Below the pieces are notes generated by a model, which did not search any database, was not told where the DNA came from, and saw nothing but the letters and a program-made list of their open reading frames with translations. Positions 53,751 to 56,761 of a stretch of 56,761 bases of DNA are shown one piece after another (position 1 is the first letter of the stretch; the number at the start of each line of letters is the position of its first letter). Where the stretch lies: the NCBI GenBank assembly GCA_035696925.1, contig DASSDW010000078.1:1-56761 (forward strand), in the 5' to 3' direction. The DNA is from Actinomycetota bacterium (GTDB lineage: Bacteria; Actinomycetota; UBA4738; HRBIN12). Position numbers and translations under genes: made by a program.

Positions 53751-54565
53751 CCCGAGCCGGCAAGGTCGTCAAGTCGCTTGACCATCAGCTCCTCGAGCTC
53801 GAGCCGATACGTCGCCCCGTTCGCCTCCGCGACGCCTGGGGCCTTCTCCGTATAGAAGCGGACGAGCACCCGCGCGGCTCGCAGCAGGGCGCCGCGCTCC
53901 ATCGGCACGAACGTCTCGGCGAGCGGTGACAGCGCACCCGGATCGATCGTGCGGTCGAGCTTCTCGTACGGCTCCTCCCCAGCGAACGCCCCGTGTTCGA
54001 TCCGGACGAGGTTCACGCAATGACCGCGGAGCGACTCGAGCTGCCCGGCGGCCCACCAGAGCTCGCCTCGCCCCATGGCGGTGATGAAGTGCGAGAGCTC
54101 GTGCCAGAACCACGAGAGGATCTGCCGGAGCACTTCGAGCTGCTCCGCGGGATCCGTCCGCTCCTCGGCGAACGCTACGCCCTCGAGGATCCCGCCCGGG
54201 TCGAACAGCGTTCGGAACGTCCGACCGGGCTCGAGCTCTTCCGGCCGACCCTCGCTCCCGAAGAAGAGCTCGCCCTCGGTCCCGTCATCGAGGACGAAGA
54301 ACACGAGGCCCGCGATCCCGAAGTCCTCGAGGAAGAGCGGCGTCCCGAGGCGCCCCAGGAACCCGGCTCGATCGCGGACGAGCGCTTCGTACGCGTCGTC
54401 CTTGGCGATTACGCAGAGATCGACGTCCGAGTACGCGTCCGCCTCGCCACGGCCGTGAGACCCGCCGAGGAACGCGGCCACGACCCGATCGTCCTGCTCG
54501 CATGCGCTGACGAACCTGTCCAGGAACGGCTCAAGGTCGTTGGGTCGGGCCGACGCCTCGCTCAC
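53747..54565 (-). CDS. Nucleotidyltransferase-domain protein (aminoglycoside/lincosamide-NTase-like fold)
   Basis: Pol-beta-type NTase motif FLGGSHGRGEADAYSDVDLCV followed by a helical C-terminal domain. Confidence 0.7.
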   Translation of the reverse strand: MSEASARPNDLEPFLDRFVSACEQDDRVVAAFLGGSHGRGEADAYSDVDLCVIAKDDAYEALVRDRAGFLGRLGTPLFLEDFGIAGLVFFVLDDGTEGELFFGSEGRPEELEPGRTFRTLFDPGGILEGVAFAEERTDPAEQLEVLRQILSWFWHELSHFITAMGRGELWWAAGQLESLRGHCVNLVRIEHGAFAGEEPYEKLDRTIDPGALSPLAETFVPMERGALLRAARVLVRFYTEKAPGVAEANGATYRLELEELMVKRLDDLAGSG

Positions 54566-54599
54566 GCCGTGGAGCTTGGCAGGGTTCGTCCCGCCGGCG

Positions 54600-55115
54600 C
54601 TAGGTGCGGACGAGCCCCAGGTCCTCGAGCAGGCCCGGCGGGATCGCGTGGCAGTACGGCTCGTGGCCGTTGTTCAGGTAGTAGCGCTGGTGGTAGTCCT
54701 CCGCCGGATAGAAGGCCACGAACGGCTGGATCTCCGTCGCGATGGGGCGTTCGTACCGAGGCTGGACCCGATCTCGGGACGCTTCCGCCGCCGCCCGCTG
54801 CTCGTCCGAGTGGGTGAGGACGATGCTCCGGTACTGCGACCCTCGGTCGGGTCCCTGCCGGTTCACCTGGGTCGGATCGTGCATCGCCCAGAAGACCTCG
54901 AGGAGCTGGTCGTAGGAGACGACCTCGGGATCGAACGTCACCTGGACGACCTCCGCGTGGCCCGTCGTGTCCGTGCAGACGAGCTGGTAGGAGGGGTCCT
55001 CGACGAAGCCCCCGCTGTAGCCGGAGATGGCTTCCAGGACTCCCGGGACCCGTCGGAACAGGTGCTCCACGCCCCAGAAGCAGCCGGCGCCGAAGGTCGC
55101 GATCTCGGTTGGCAT
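54600..55115 (-). CDS. msrA: Peptide-methionine (S)-S-oxide reductase
   Basis: The internal ATG at 55115 gives MPTEIATFGAGCFWGVE...GHAEVVQVTFDP...YHQRYY. Confidence 0.9.
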   Translation of the reverse strand: MPTEIATFGAGCFWGVEHLFRRVPGVLEAISGYSGGFVEDPSYQLVCTDTTGHAEVVQVTFDPEVVSYDQLLEVFWAMHDPTQVNRQGPDRGSQYRSIVLTHSDEQRAAAEASRDRVQPRYERPIATEIQPFVAFYPAEDYHQRYYLNNGHEPYCHAIPPGLLEDLGLVRT

Positions 55116-55261
55116 GTCGGTTCCTCTCTCGTCGATGACTCTCGCCTCCATAGTGCCAGCGGTGGGTGCATCCGTTGCAGGGAGCGCCGCTCCTCCGGAA
55201 GCCCTAGGCCCCTCGGGGAAGGCCGAATTGGTCCTCTTCGCCGATACTCCCGATGAGGTTG

Positions 55262-55279
55262 CTACCCGATATCGGGTAG
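55262..55279. promoter_or_regulatory. Perfect 18-bp palindrome CTACCCGATATCGGGTAG (candidate operator)
   Basis: Read directly; the reverse complement equals the sequence itself. It lies in the 196-nt divergent msrA / 55312-gene intergenic region, 32 nt upstream of ATG 55312. Confidence 0.4.
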
Positions 55280-55311
55280 TGCAGGGGAGCCGCACCGAGG
55301 AGGAGAGGCAC

Positions 55312-55755
55312 ATGCGACAGTGGGAGCTCATCGGGATCACCGACACGGTGGACTGGTCCCCACCTCGCCGTGATCCGGTCCCATCGGACGACGACGGGGA
55401 TCACTTCCCGGCGGTCCTGTGGACGACGGACGGCTCGCTCCGCCTCCGCGGGGTCTCGTGGGTGGCTTCCCAGCACCTGGGGATCCACCCTCGCTTCCTC
55501 GACGGCCGTGAGCTCCTGGAAGCGTTCGGGATGGAAGGGGAGAGCCTCCCGATCCTCGAGGCCCACGCGGCCGCGCTGACGGGGGAAACGGTCACGTTCA
55601 GCCTCCCGGGGATCGAGGGGCGCATGTGGTGCCGCGTCGCGCCGACGCACGACGCGGGCGAGCACATCGTGGGGACGTTCTGCATCGCCACCGAGCCGGC
55701 GTCCGACGGCGACGAGCTGGAGACGGTGCAGGACACCACCCTCACGCTGGTGTGA
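55312..55755 (+). CDS. Hypothetical protein (possibly a PAS-like fold)
   Basis: GGAGGAGAGG lies 4 nt upstream of ATG 55312, inside ORF 55027..55755. No strong motif. The fold suggestion is only an impression from the sequence pattern. Confidence 0.5.
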   Translation: MRQWELIGITDTVDWSPPRRDPVPSDDDGDHFPAVLWTTDGSLRLRGVSWVASQHLGIHPRFLDGRELLEAFGMEGESLPILEAHAAALTGETVTFSLPGIEGRMWCRVAPTHDAGEHIVGTFCIATEPASDGDELETVQDTTLTLV

Positions 55756-55767
55756 GCGTCGGGGCGG

Positions 55768-56761
55768 TCAGTCGCGGAAGCGGCCGGCCGCCCCGAGCAC
55801 CGCTTCTCGTTCCGCCTCGCCGAACGCCGAGCAGAGCGTCCACAACTCGTAGCCCGATGGCGGGAGGTACACGCCCTCGTCCAGCATGTGATGGAAGAAC
55901 CTCGCGAACCGGTCGTGGTCCGCGGCCTTCGAGTCAGTGAAATTCCTGATGGCCCCCTCCGAGAAGAAGACGCTGAACAGTGACCCTGCTCGGTTGATCG
56001 TGCCGCCGATGCCGTTCGCCTCGAAGGCCGCGGCGAGGCCGGCCTGGAGGTCCTCCGCGGTGGTCTCGAGCCCCGGGTAGGGGTCCTCGGCGTCGATGAG
56101 ATCGAGGGCCGCCAGGCCGGCCGCCACCGCGACCGGGTTCCCGCTCAGCGTCCCCGCCTGGTACACGTGTCCCGCCGGCGCGAGCTGCTCCATCACGTCG
56201 CGACGGCCGCCGAACGCGGCGCATGGGAACCCGCCCCCCATCACCTTGCCGAGGACGGTGAGGTCGGGGGTGACGCCGAAGCGCTCCTGCGCACCGCCCC
56301 GGGCGATCCGGAACCCGGTGATCACCTCGTCGAAGATCAGGAGCGCGCCGTGCTCGTCGCAGAGCAGACGGAGCCCCTCGAGGTACCCGTCGTCCGGCGG
56401 CACGACGCCCATGTTCGCGGGGACCGGTTCGACGATGAGCGCGGCGACGATCCCTTGGTTCGCATCGAGGAGCGCCCCGACCGCATCGAGGTCGTTGAAC
56501 GGCGCGACCAGGGTGTCGCGTGTGGCTCCGGCGGTGACGCCGGGCGTGCTCGGGATCCCGAACGTCGCGAGGCCGCTGCCCCCGCCGTGCGCGAGCAGGG
56601 CGTCGGAATGACCGTGGTAGCAGCCCTCGAGCTTGATCAGCGCGTCCCTCCCGGTGGCGGCGCGCGCCAGTCGGATCGCCGACATCGCCGCCTCGGTCCC
56701 GGAGGACACGAGTCGAACCTGTTCGATCGAGGGCACCATCGAGACGATCCGCTCCGCGAGG
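55768..56761 (-). CDS. hemL: Glutamate-1-semialdehyde 2,1-aminomutase; 5' end runs off the window
   Basis: SGTEAAMSAIRLARA, FDEVITGFR, and the PLP-lysine context LGKVMGGGFP. The reading frame stays open to the window edge. Confidence 0.9.
   Translation of the reverse strand, partial: LAERIVSMVPSIEQVRLVSSGTEAAMSAIRLARAATGRDALIKLEGCYHGHSDALLAHGGGSGLATFGIPSTPGVTAGATRDTLVAPFNDLDAVGALLDANQGIVAALIVEPVPANMGVVPPDDGYLEGLRLLCDEHGALLIFDEVITGFRIARGGAQERFGVTPDLTVLGKVMGGGFPCAAFGGRRDVMEQLAPAGHVYQAGTLSGNPVAVAAGLAALDLIDAEDPYPGLETTAEDLQAGLAAAFEANGIGGTINRAGSLFSVFFSEGAIRNFTDSKAADHDRFARFFHHMLDEGVYLPPSGYELWTLCSAFGEAEREAVLGAAGRFRD

Noticed and set aside
1-56761. CRISPR arrays, transposases/IS elements, prophage genes, toxin-antitoxin pairs, known defence-system genes, rRNA
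   Set aside because: I saw no regularly spaced direct repeats, and no recognisable transposase, integrase, Cas, RT or nuclease-helicase defence architecture in any trusted ORF. The only helicase is a standard UvrD/PcrA type next to housekeeping genes.

Overview
This is a very GC-rich, densely packed chromosomal segment. Third codon positions are almost always G/C, and long Arg/Pro/Asp-rich antisense shadow ORFs occur everywhere. Synteny is of the Actinobacteria type: tRNA-Leu sits next to fhaA-fhaB-pstP-rodA-pbpA-pknB. I call 58 protein genes (two run off the window ends), 2 tRNAs and a few candidate regulatory sites.

Gene content in order:
- partial ABC exporter; acyl-CoA ligase; DUF421; an MBL-rhodanese fusion
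- a fully translationally coupled sulfite-reduction/siroheme operon (sirA, a 49-aa zinc-ribbon ORF, cysH, sirC-like, cobA)
- a DHDPS-like aldolase, proline dehydrogenase, flavin amine oxidase and isocitrate lyase
- hisG, then an oppositely oriented agmatine deiminase, then hisD-C-B-H-A-F-I
- a tandem ThyX-like protein coupled to pknB, and the Ser/Thr-kinase/FHA/PP2C/RodA/PbpA cluster
- tRNA-Leu; a secreted lysyl-oxidase homologue; DUF4446; bactofilin; serS
- a 5xPAS output-less protein; tRNA-Ser; a very acidic low-complexity surface protein with an LAxTG-like sorting signal
- a GAF histidine kinase running straight into the coproporphyrin-dependent heme operon hemE-hemH-hemY-hemQ
- a lipoprotein, HAD hydrolase, UvrD-like helicase, DUF1801, a CDGSH Fe-S protein, a nucleotidyltransferase, msrA and partial hemL

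I saw no rRNA, CRISPR array, transposase, integrase or phage gene. The window is mostly core metabolism, and I could not find a clear-cut novel multi-gene system.

The best candidates for something undescribed are:
1. the orphan GAF kinase fused operonically to heme biosynthesis
2. the acidic stop-free LAxTG protein next to tRNA-Ser
3. the bacterial lysyl-oxidase homologue upstream of DUF4446-bactofilin-serS
4. the split-motif tandem ThyX-like gene coupled to pknB
5. a long structured leader in front of sirA

All calls come from reading the sequence and the ORF track by eye. No database search, RNA folding or statistics were run, and reference sequences are quoted from memory.
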